Below, piece by piece: positions 1 to 7,242 of a stretch of 64,000 nucleotides of DNA. The notes under the pieces are model-generated. The model ran no database searches. It was not told where the DNA came from and saw only the letters and a program-made list of their open reading frames with translations. Numbering within the stretch: position 1 is the stretch's first letter; each line of letters opens with the position of its first letter. A program made the translations under genes and the position numbers. The stretch comes from Peptococcaceae bacterium (lineage in GTDB: Bacteria > Bacillota > Peptococcia > DRI-13 > UBA5745), in assembly GCA_034927285.1 (NCBI GenBank), contig JAYFQF010000016.1:36314-100313 (forward strand), read 5' to 3'.

Positions 1-142
1 GTGTTCTTATACAGCCGGATTTCCCCGTCCCAGCAAGGAGTTTTATCCTCCCGCTTGAAATCCCCCACCAGCCGGGGGCTGCGGTTCAGTAAATCCGTCA
101 GCTTCGTTATACTGATACGTTCCAGGTCCTCGTTGTCAAACA
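1..142 (-). CDS. hypothetical protein, first 47 codons only (gene runs off left edge)
   Basis: Not in ORF track (<60 aa). ATG at complement 142 with GGGAG 9 nt upstream. Reads MFDNEDLERISITKLTDLLNRSPRLVGDFKREDKTPCWDGEIRLYKN. No family recognised. Confidence 0.4.
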
Positions 143-244
143 TAGGCGACACTCCCGTTTGCTCCGTCAATTCTTTACCTTTTTCGCCAAGCTCTTCCCT
201 TTTCCTGCCTTTGCCCTCTTTCTCGTTCCGGCCACGGTGTGGAT

Positions 245-345
245 AACCGTCAATAAAATCACACTTTTATGATAAAATAGTGATTAAAAATCACATAATC
301 ATGTATATTTGATTCCCGTTGCCTTTAGTATAATAAAAACCTGCC
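245..345. promoter_or_regulatory. AT-rich intergenic patch with palindrome GTGATTaaaAATCAC (280-294) and a third AATCAC half-site (257-262)
   Basis: Sharp drop in G+C between two minus-strand genes. Perfect 6-bp-arm palindrome plus TGaTAAAAT and TATAAT-like boxes. Operator/promoter-like, function unknown. Confidence 0.3.
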
Positions 346-457
346 CCATGAACAAAGCTTCTGCCTTTACTTTTACCCTTACCTTTACATCTGTCCCCCT
401 GACCTCCCCTGGCTCATCTTATCCGGCAGGCCTTTTTCTGTCTTTCCTCCTGTCTTC

Positions 458-1855
458 CTACTGCCTTTCTTCCTCCGCCGCCCTCTCCCCCTGGCCGCCG
501 ATGGAAAGCCGCCCCGTCTCCGGCGCCCCGCCAAACTCCCCGGCCATATACCGTCGGCAATAGCTGCCGGTACGCCGGAAATAGTAGTTCCGCCGGCTGT
601 CCTCGGCGAAATCCGCCAGGGAATACAGAACGGTGCCGCCGTCCTCATCTTTCTCCGCCAGCCACACCTGATCCTGCCGCAAGGCGTCGTTATAGATCTG
701 CCAGACGTCATGAGAGGTAAAAATCAGCTGGGCGCAGCGGGGATTTTGTTCCCGGTCGCCAAAGAGCCGCAAAAGCTCCCCCAAAGCCCGGGGATGAAGT
801 TGTCCTCCCAGGCCGTCCACCGCCAGCAGGCCGCCGCCCTCCAGTACAAAACGCAGCCGGGGATACAATAAAAGCAGGGTCCGCAGACCGGCGCTTTCCT
901 CCCGCCAGGGTACGGAAATCCGGCCGCCGGTGGTCCCCTGCCGGTGTATAATGACAAAATCGGCTTCGGTTCGCACTTCCGCCACGCTGCCGTCAAAGCT
1001 TCGGAGAAATGCCGCGGCCCGCCGCAGCATTTCTTCGTCTCCGGCCATTTCTCCCAGGGTCTGGCCTTTCAGCTCCGCCAGCTCCGGCGCCGACTGCAGG
1101 CAGGCAAAATCCCAATGCAAAAACCAAGTATATACCTGGACCAAGGTCCCCTCACCCAGCAGGGGAGCCAAAGAAAGCAGCAGGCAGTTTTCATTCAGGC
1201 GCTGCCGGATGGCCTCCTGAAACAGCGCCAGCTCCCGGTAACGCCGGCTGATTAAAACGGCGGAGCAGTCCAGCTTCAGCCCTTTGCGCTGAAACAAGAT
1301 TTTTTCCTGGCCGGAGTAGCGGGCCCGCCGGCTCAGCCATTCTTCCGCCACGCCCCCTTCCTCCAGCACAAATCCATATTTGTAAATCTCCCGCCGGCAG
1401 CTGTCTGCGGCGATAAACTCCACCTCAAAAAGGCTTGCCGCTTCCAAGCCGGCTTCCGCCCCGCCCGGCTCGCGCTCCTTATTTCCCAGACCCTTCATGG
1501 TTACGCCAATAAGTCCTTCCGGCCTTTCTTCCGCCGCTCTGCCGCCGCTGCCGGCGCCGCCGCCCCCCTCGTCCCGGGTCTGAGGAGCGCGGTCCCCAAA
1601 GCCAAATCCCTCCGGCCGCAGGCAGCCCCTTTCCGCCGAGCCCAAAACGCAGCGGGCCATAAAGGCCAGGGCCCCCAAGACATTGCTTTTGCCGGCGCCG
1701 TTGGGTCCAAAAATCGCCGCGGCCCCCAAAAGCCGCCGCCGGTCCACCGTCAGCACCCGTTCCGACTGGCCGCATTTGGCCGTGGCCGCCAGGCTAAGGC
1801 AGGTTTCCTCCCGAAAGGAGCGGTAGTTCCTGAAGGTAAAATTGATCAGCATCAT
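458..1855 (-). CDS. AAA family ATPase (AAA_21 / ABC-like ATP-binding protein)
   Basis: Walker A FGPNGAGKSNVL near N-terminus. C-terminal FTSHD...LYSLADF...YMAGEFGGAP is typical of AAA_21 proteins. Start moved to ATGATG at 1855 (GGAGG 5 nt upstream). Low-complexity insert at 1442-1594. Confidence 0.8.
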   Translation of the reverse strand: MMLINFTFRNYRSFREETCLSLAATAKCGQSERVLTVDRRRLLGAAAIFGPNGAGKSNVLGALAFMARCVLGSAERGCLRPEGFGFGDRAPQTRDEGGGGAGSGGRAAEERPEGLIGVTMKGLGNKEREPGGAEAGLEAASLFEVEFIAADSCRREIYKYGFVLEEGGVAEEWLSRRARYSGQEKILFQRKGLKLDCSAVLISRRYRELALFQEAIRQRLNENCLLLSLAPLLGEGTLVQVYTWFLHWDFACLQSAPELAELKGQTLGEMAGDEEMLRRAAAFLRSFDGSVAEVRTEADFVIIHRQGTTGGRISVPWREESAGLRTLLLLYPRLRFVLEGGGLLAVDGLGGQLHPRALGELLRLFGDREQNPRCAQLIFTSHDVWQIYNDALRQDQVWLAEKDEDGGTVLYSLADFAEDSRRNYYFRRTGSYCRRYMAGEFGGAPETGRLSIGGQGERAAEEERQ

Positions 1856-2213
1856 AAACGCCTCCGCCCTGGTCCGAATTTGCGGCAAGGAACCATCGGA
1901 CCCGACTTTGCCGGTTGAAGCGCAAGATCCCGGATCAAGCTCAATTAAAGGCAGCGCCCCGGATCGTTTCCCCGATGATTAAAAAAAGACGGCAACTCCG
2001 CCGTCTCTTCTTGCCCGTTCCTATTTTATTGCATTTTGTCAAATTATTTTTCTACATTTTGCAATTCCGTTACCGGCAGCCCTATCTCACTGTCCGGCTT
2101 GTCCTCCGCTTATTCGCTGGCCCGTTCCGCTTTTTTCATCCTTCTTTTTCTTTTGCCTTCTTTTTTGCCTTCTATCTCTTCTTTTTTGCCTTCCATCTCT
2201 TCTTTCTTTCCTT

Positions 2214-3191
2214 CTATCGTTCCGATTCTTTTGCCTGGCGTTTTACCGCCAGGGCAAACCGGGGCAAAGCCCAAAAACGACCCAGCCGTTTAGGGTTCTG
2301 CGCAAAACGGTAGGCCCATTCCATGCCGATTTTCTGGATCCAGCGGGGAGCCCGCTTCACCCGGCCGCTCAAGACGTCGAAGGAGCCGCCTACGCCCATG
2401 CAAAGGCCCGCGCCCAGCCGCTGCCGGTTTTCCTCCACAAAAAGATCCTGCCGGGGAAAGCCCAGGGCCACAAACAGCAGCTCCGGCTTCAGCCCGCTGA
2501 TTTCCTCCAGGATCTTCTTTTCTTCTTCCTTATCAAAATAACCGTTATGCCAGCCCAGCAGCCGCAGTTGGGGCCATTCCCGCTTCAGCCGCTCCGCCGT
2601 GCCGGCCACGGATTCCTCGGCCGCCCCCAGAAGGTACACGCCCCAGCCCCGCCGGGCTGCTTCGGCGCAAAGCCGCCAGAGCAGGTCCACTCCCGTAACC
2701 CGCTCCACCCCGGGACTGCCCAGCTGCCGGGCGGCCTTCACCGTCCCCACGCCGTCGGCAGTGATCAGATGAGCGCTGTGCAAAAGCTCCGCCTGGGCGG
2801 CGTTTCGCGACGCGGCGTAAAGGATTTCCGCATTGGCGGTCACTACCCGCAGAGGCAGGCAGCCGATACGCTGCGCCGCTCTGCCTGCCCCTTGTCCAAG
2901 GGCTTCTCCGGCCGCTCCTATTTCTCCGGCGGCTGCTTCCCCGGCTGCCGCTTTTTCGCCCCTGGCCGTTCTTTCGCCGCCAACCGCTGTTTCGCCGCTG
3001 CCGGCGCCCTCGGAAATTCTTCCGGCATCCGTACCAGCCGCCGGGTCCTGGACGCCGGGGCCGCCGGCGGCTTCGGCCGGCCCGCTTCGGCCTTCTTCTA
3101 CCTTTTCGGCCAGGTAAGCCACAGTATCCGCCATGGATAGCCTGGACACCGGGAACCCTAAAATATTGACTTTGGAGATGCTTCGTCCCAT
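2214..3191 (-). CDS. tagA: WecB/TagA/CpsF family glycosyltransferase (N-acetylmannosaminyltransferase-like)
   Basis: N-terminal VNILGFPVSRL and C-terminal GFPRQDLF...GVGGSFDVLSGRVKRAPRW...EWAYRF match the GT26 TagA/WecG family. About 75-aa low-complexity insert at 2868-3095. Confidence 0.8.
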   Translation of the reverse strand: MGRSISKVNILGFPVSRLSMADTVAYLAEKVEEGRSGPAEAAGGPGVQDPAAGTDAGRISEGAGSGETAVGGERTARGEKAAAGEAAAGEIGAAGEALGQGAGRAAQRIGCLPLRVVTANAEILYAASRNAAQAELLHSAHLITADGVGTVKAARQLGSPGVERVTGVDLLWRLCAEAARRGWGVYLLGAAEESVAGTAERLKREWPQLRLLGWHNGYFDKEEEKKILEEISGLKPELLFVALGFPRQDLFVEENRQRLGAGLCMGVGGSFDVLSGRVKRAPRWIQKIGMEWAYRFAQNPKRLGRFWALPRFALAVKRQAKESER

Positions 3192-3340
3192 CTCTTTTCC
3201 TCGGCCTTTCCTCAGTTTTTTCTTTCGTTTTTTCCTCGGTTCATTCTCTTTTCTTCTTTTTTCTTTCCGGCTTGTCCCCTTTGCCGGTCAGGCTTTTGCT
3301 TTCGCCAAAACTCATTCTCCGGCCTGACGGAACCTGTTGC

Positions 3341-5128
3341 CTATACCTTTGACAGCTCATCCTTGAAAGCGGGCCGGTCGCTATATCGGCCCAAAAGCTT
3401 TTCTTTGATTTCCGCCGCACACTCTTCGCCGCCGTTTTTTTTCAGCTTGCGGATAATGGCGCATACCTCCCGATACTCCTGCCGGTCCCTGGCTGAGGCG
3501 GCCTTTTCCTTAATATATTCCGCATACAGGTCCCAGACCTCCTCCCGAAATTCAGGGACAAGCTGCTCGCCATAGATTTCTACCGCCCATGAATTCTCCC
3601 GGACGTATTCCAGAAGCTTTTGCTTTTCCCCCTCCTCGATGAGGATATCCGGATACACGTAAGAAAACTTTCTTTTTTGATTTTCCATCCTAGCAATGAT
3701 TTGGGGATAAACGGCAGGCCACTCAGCGGCGTCATAGGTCTGCTTCAATTCCCGGTAATGGTTGAAGCTGCCCTCCAGAATAAACTCCAGGGCGGTTTGC
3801 CGCGTCTCCTCCAGCTTGCCGGCAAGCCGGCAGGCTTTGTACCGATACTCCTTCCATTGCCTTACCAGGCTGGCATGGGCCTCATCCTCTTTTTCCCCTT
3901 CCCGGGAAAGCCGGATGACTTCCTCATAATCCTTTCCCGCCAGAGCGCCTTCAACGGCCATTTTCCTGAAGGCCGGGTACCGAAGGTTTCGCCGGATAAA
4001 CTCACAGGCCTTTTCTTGTCCTTCGTATTGCAGGATCATTCGGTACCGGATAAGCTCCACTTTTTCCGCAAAGGATCTTCCGGCCCAGGTATCCTCTTTT
4101 CCTTTTTCCGCCAGCTTATCTAAATCTTTTTCCAGTTTTTTTCGGGAGGCCGGCGTATCCGCCAGGGTGGCGGAAATTTCCAGGAGTTCCAGCCGCCAGT
4201 TGCTCCAGTTAGTATACCGCTTATTTGCCGCTTCTTTCAGCAGCGTTTGGAAAATGCTCTCTTTTTCTGCCGGAGTCAACCCTTCAGTCCCAACTATTTC
4301 GACAATGAAGCCAAAGCTTTCGCTGATTACCTCTCCCACCACACCGCCGGAATCGTCGGCCCGGCCCAGCAGCCGCATCATCTCATGGGCGACGCAAAGA
4401 CCAAGGGCCAGAGCCTGGAGGCTTTTCTTTTTTTCCAAAACGCTCCGGGCCTTTTCCAGCACCATTTCAGCGCCCCTGACCGCCTCAAAAGTATCGCCGT
4501 AGCGCACAAAGCCCTGCCGGTCCGCATGGTTTTCGATGCAGACCCGGATCAGGGCCACGGCTCTGGCAATTTCCTCTTTGTCGTCACCCTCTTCAAAATC
4601 CAGTTGGATCCGCCGCTGAATTTGTTCATCCCAGACTGCCAGGTTCAGGAGGAACTGAACCAGTTCTTCCTTTGTCCTTTTGGAAAGTATGGCTTCCAGA
4701 TCCGGCGTTCTTCTTGTCTCCGGACCGGAACCCCCGGCTGATTCAGGGCCCGCCGCCGGGAAGACGCTTTCCGGGGCCGTGTTTTCCGGACCCGTGTTTT
4801 CCGGGGCCGTGTTTTCCGGACCCGTGTTTTCCGGACCCGTGTTTTCCGGGTCCTGGTCTTCCTTAAGCTCCCGTAAGGCAAAAAACACCGCCGCCTGATG
4901 CTTGCAATGCTCTCCCAGGTCATAGGGGCAATCGCACCAGCTGTCCAGGATGCCGCCCTCATCATCAAGCTCAACTTCCACAGTATACGGCCAATTGCCT
5001 TGAACCGCCGCCCGGTACAGTTTTTTTTCTGTTTCCTCCAAGGAAATTATCCGTCCGCCGGCGTAATAGTCGTAGCCCCTGGCAAGGATCTTTTCATCGA
5101 TAAAACCTTCAAAGTCGTCAAGATTCAT
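3341..5128 (-). CDS. SWIM zinc finger domain protein
   Basis: CDCPYDLGEHCKHQAAV fits the CxCxnCxH SWIM motif. GAAGGGGG RBS before the ATG. The rest is helical with no other domain recognised. Confidence 0.8.
   Translation of the reverse strand: MNLDDFEGFIDEKILARGYDYYAGGRIISLEETEKKLYRAAVQGNWPYTVEVELDDEGGILDSWCDCPYDLGEHCKHQAAVFFALRELKEDQDPENTGPENTGPENTAPENTGPENTAPESVFPAAGPESAGGSGPETRRTPDLEAILSKRTKEELVQFLLNLAVWDEQIQRRIQLDFEEGDDKEEIARAVALIRVCIENHADRQGFVRYGDTFEAVRGAEMVLEKARSVLEKKKSLQALALGLCVAHEMMRLLGRADDSGGVVGEVISESFGFIVEIVGTEGLTPAEKESIFQTLLKEAANKRYTNWSNWRLELLEISATLADTPASRKKLEKDLDKLAEKGKEDTWAGRSFAEKVELIRYRMILQYEGQEKACEFIRRNLRYPAFRKMAVEGALAGKDYEEVIRLSREGEKEDEAHASLVRQWKEYRYKACRLAGKLEETRQTALEFILEGSFNHYRELKQTYDAAEWPAVYPQIIARMENQKRKFSYVYPDILIEEGEKQKLLEYVRENSWAVEIYGEQLVPEFREEVWDLYAEYIKEKAASARDRQEYREVCAIIRKLKKNGGEECAAEIKEKLLGRYSDRPAFKDELSKV
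4765..4852. repeat. 15-bp in-frame tandem repeat x5-6 (encodes PENTG/PENTA pentapeptides in the SWIM protein)
   Basis: Plus strand CGTGTTTTCCGGRSC repeated at 4778, 4793, 4808, 4823 and 4838, with a degenerate copy before them. Confidence 0.9.
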
Positions 5129-5230
5129 CTTTTCTGATCCCCCTTCTCCGCTTATTGCAGCCGCCTGGCGCCCACCCGGCAGACCCTTCTTTCCCCGCTG
5201 TCTGTATTCTGGACATATTTCGGACGTGCC

Positions 5231-5341
5231 TTATCCGGTTTCCGTGATAAAAAGGCGGCCGCAAGCAGGCACCTTCTCCCCGGCGTCTTCCTTGAGACAT
5301 TTAAACATGGCATAGCGGCCGATCTTGGCGCAAACAGACAT
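5231..5341 (-). CDS. candidate small Cys-containing protein (36 aa)
   Basis: ATG 17 nt after the mpg stop. MSVCAKIGRYAMFKCLKEDAGEKVPACGRLFITETG. Weak SD (GGGGT). No family recognised. Confidence 0.25.
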   Translation of the reverse strand: MSVCAKIGRYAMFKCLKEDAGEKVPACGRLFITETG

Positions 5342-5358
5342 CCGAAGTCTTACCCCGG

Positions 5359-5970
5359 TTAAAATTCCCGCTTTTCCTTCACGGATAAATAAGGGCTGTC
5401 CGCCAGGATAAACCGCCAGGGGTACTCCCGGGCCTCGCCGGCGTAGTCGATATTGATGCGGGGCGTCACGGCGATTCGCTCCGATCCCCGGTCCGGCCCC
5501 CATTCCACATAAAAAGGCGGTCGGCAAAGGTCGGCGCCGTAGCTCTCTTTGTCAATGCCCAAAGCCTGGCAGAGCTTGCCGGGGCCGCTGCACAAAGCGT
5601 TGAGCTTTTCCTGCTTCCGCCGTTTTTGCATCAGCGGAATTCCTGCCAAAGGCTCCAGGGCCCGCACCAGGGCCATTTCCGGAAAGCCTTCCTCCCGGGT
5701 GACGATATTCATGCAATAGTACATGCCATAAATCAGATATACATAGGCGTGCCCGCCCGGGCCGTACTGCACCGCCGTCCGGCCGCCGTCCCGGCCCCGG
5801 TGCTTATAGGAATGGGCCGCCGCGTCCATGGGCCCGATATAGGCTTCCGTCTCCACGATCCGGCCTTTGACGGTCCCCTCAGGGCTTTCCATCACCAGCA
5901 CCTGGCCCAAAAGCTCCCGGGCCACAGTAAGGGTGTCGCGCAGATAAAAGTCCCGTTCTATGATGGCCAT
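5359..5970 (-). CDS. mpg: DNA-3-methyladenine glycosylase (Mpg/AAG family)
   Basis: FYLRDTLTVARELLGQ...GRIVETEAYIGPMDAAAHSY...GPGGHAYVYLIYGMYYCMNIV. ATG at 5970 has GGAGG 5 nt upstream; the alternative start is 5985. Confidence 0.85.
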   Translation of the reverse strand: MAIIERDFYLRDTLTVARELLGQVLVMESPEGTVKGRIVETEAYIGPMDAAAHSYKHRGRDGGRTAVQYGPGGHAYVYLIYGMYYCMNIVTREEGFPEMALVRALEPLAGIPLMQKRRKQEKLNALCSGPGKLCQALGIDKESYGADLCRPPFYVEWGPDRGSERIAVTPRINIDYAGEAREYPWRFILADSPYLSVKEKREF

Positions 5971-6019
5971 CCGTTCCTCCCGCATCGATTTTTGTCTTTA
6001 TTTTAGGCAAAAATTTGCC

Positions 6020-6137
6020 GCTTATTATACCATGAATTCTGCTCCCGACTCGGCCTGCTCTTTACTTGCCGCTAACCGCTCGGCCCGCCACGTAAGGTAA
6101 ATTATGATGTAATTCGCTCCGCTTATTATAATTTTCG
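6020..6137 (-). repeat. two chained promoter-like ~101-bp modules (TGGTATAAT / ATTATAAT ... GCGAATTAC ... GTGGCGGGCCG)
   Basis: Reverse complement aligns with the modules at 26979-27200. -10-like hexamers at 6125-6130 and 6024-6029; the latter is the box nearest to mpg. Confidence 0.7.
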
Positions 6138-6150
6138 GTCAGTGCCCGTT

Positions 6151-6412
6151 GGCCGAAGAAGGAAAAACAACTCAGCTTTGTTTACCGGGATTTTATCATG
6201 TTTTTTCTGCAAATCCCGGTAAATTTTTTCAAAGGCTCTCCGGGAGAAGATATTCCTTCGCTCTGTCCCTGTATCAAGGACAGATTTGCGAAATCCCCGC
6301 TAAAAACAGGGCTAAAGTACCGTCACCAAAGTAAAATCTGCCCTTTGGGCGGATTTTACCGGGATTCGCTTTAAAAACAAAGCGATTTTCCGGTAAACAT
6401 AGGTCATCAGCC
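6151..6412 (-). repeat. double-hairpin noncoding element, copy A (inverted relative to copy B at 27224-27490)
   Basis: Reverse complement aligns end to end with 27224-27490. Hairpin arms are TTTACCGG/CCGGTAAA and TTTACCGGGATTT/AAATCCCGGTAAA. Confidence 0.85.
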
Positions 6413-6585
6413 TTGAGGAGCTTGAGGGGCCTGTTGAGGAGCTTGAGGGGCCTGTTGAGGAGCTATTAAAGGGGCCCATTGAGGGGCCCTGCTGAGGAGC
6501 TATTGAAGGGGCCCATTGAGGGGCCCTGCTGAGGAGCTTGAGGGGCCCCATTGAGGGGCCCTGCTGAGGAGCTTGAGGGGCCTAT
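6411..6585. repeat. imperfect tandem repeats (about 21-bp and about 37-bp units, GAGGAGCTTGAGGGGCC...)
   Basis: Read directly. Units GAGGAGCTTGAGGGGCCTGTT and GAGGAGCTATTRAAGGGGCCCATTGAGGGGCCCTGCT recur across about 175 bp. Confidence 0.85.
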
Positions 6586-6604
6586 CGGGGATCTGCTGAG
6601 TGCC

Positions 6605-6637
6605 CCTATGGTGTGATTCGCTTTGCTCATTATATCA
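6605..6637 (-). promoter_or_regulatory. truncated copy of the promoter-like module (TGATATAAT-GAGCAAA-GCGAATCAC)
   Basis: Minus strand reads TGATATAATGAGCAAAGCGAATCACACCATAG. Same 7-nt spacing from hexamer to GCGAAT as the other copies. Confidence 0.5.
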
Positions 6638-6697
6638 TTCTTTATTCAATTGGCGGAATTTTGACAGGCAAAAACGGCCTTGATGTATAAAATGCTT

Positions 6698-6805
6698 TAT
6701 GTTATCATAGAATTACAAAAAGGAGTTGTCGCTTCTGGAAGAGCGGCAGGTTCCGAAAGTTTGATAAACGGAAAACCGCCGGCAACGGCGGTTTTCCGTT
6801 TACTT
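6698..6805 (+). ncRNA. candidate antitoxin sRNA convergent with the small toxin ORF
   Basis: TTGACA (6661-6666) and TATAAA (6686-6691) lie upstream, with a long 19-nt spacer. The transcript would end at the shared hairpin 6766-6801. Boundaries are guessed. Confidence 0.25.
6766..6801. terminator. 15-bp-stem hairpin, putative bidirectional terminator
   Basis: AAACGGAAAACCGCC-ggcaac-GGCGGTTTTCCGTTT. It overlaps the stop codon of the small ORF. Flanking U-tracts are weak. Confidence 0.55.
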
Positions 6806-6877
6806 AAACCGTTTTAAGTAATTGGCAAATGCCACCAGGAAAGTTAACAGAGCAAAAAGCTCAAGCCAACTCACCAT
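6800..6877 (-). CDS. candidate holin-like / type I toxin peptide (25 aa)
   Basis: GGAGGTG lies 8 nt before the ATG. MVSWLELFALLTFLVAFANYLKRFK has one hydrophobic helix and a basic C-terminus. Own TTGGCA-18-TGGTAAAAT promoter at 6934-6963. The SD can pair in hairpin CUUCCCCGAGGGGAGG. Confidence 0.45.
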   Translation of the reverse strand: MVSWLELFALLTFLVAFANYLKRFK

Positions 6878-7242
6878 AGGCATCACCTCCCCTCGGGGAA
6901 GTGAACCGGCCGCCTAAGCGACAACTCTTCTTCATTTTACCATGAGCTGCCGACGGCTGCCAATGCCGCCCGTCAAAAGACGGGCTTTTTTCATCACTGA
7001 CAAAAATTCCTTTTGCGGTTCCGTGCTCCACGTTCAGCCCCGGGGCCTGGAAGTTCCCGCGCAGCGGCATGAATTCAGGATATTTTCACTATTTTGATCT
7101 AAGATCTAAACATTTTTGATTTGGAAAAAAGCGTCACCTTACCGCTTGCAAAAATCCACCTTACAGTTAGTAAGAACATGGATCCGGCCAGGATGAAACG
7201 GACTGAAATTCTGATTATCCCGCATCCCCCGGCCGGCTCTGT

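Noticed and set aside
1-563. Plus-strand ORFs 1-246 and 309-563.
   Set aside because: They have no SD and give S/P/L-rich low-complexity translations. The first is antisense to a minus-strand ORF with an SD, and the second is antisense to the ATPase 3' end.
6180-6400. Simple MITE interpretation of the double-hairpin element (11-bp terminal inverted repeats).
   Set aside because: Not fully excluded. However, homology between the two copies continues beyond both TIRs (GGCTGATGACCT on one side, CTTCTTCGGCC on the other) and no target-site duplication is visible. The duplicated unit is therefore larger than the TIR-bounded piece.
6312-6551. 79-aa ORF (GPSSSSTGPSSSS...) and 61-aa ORF 6149-6334.
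   Set aside because: Both are translations of tandem-repeat or hairpin DNA. The homologous copy B (27224-27490) has stop codons in the equivalent frames, and substitutions between copies show no codon periodicity.
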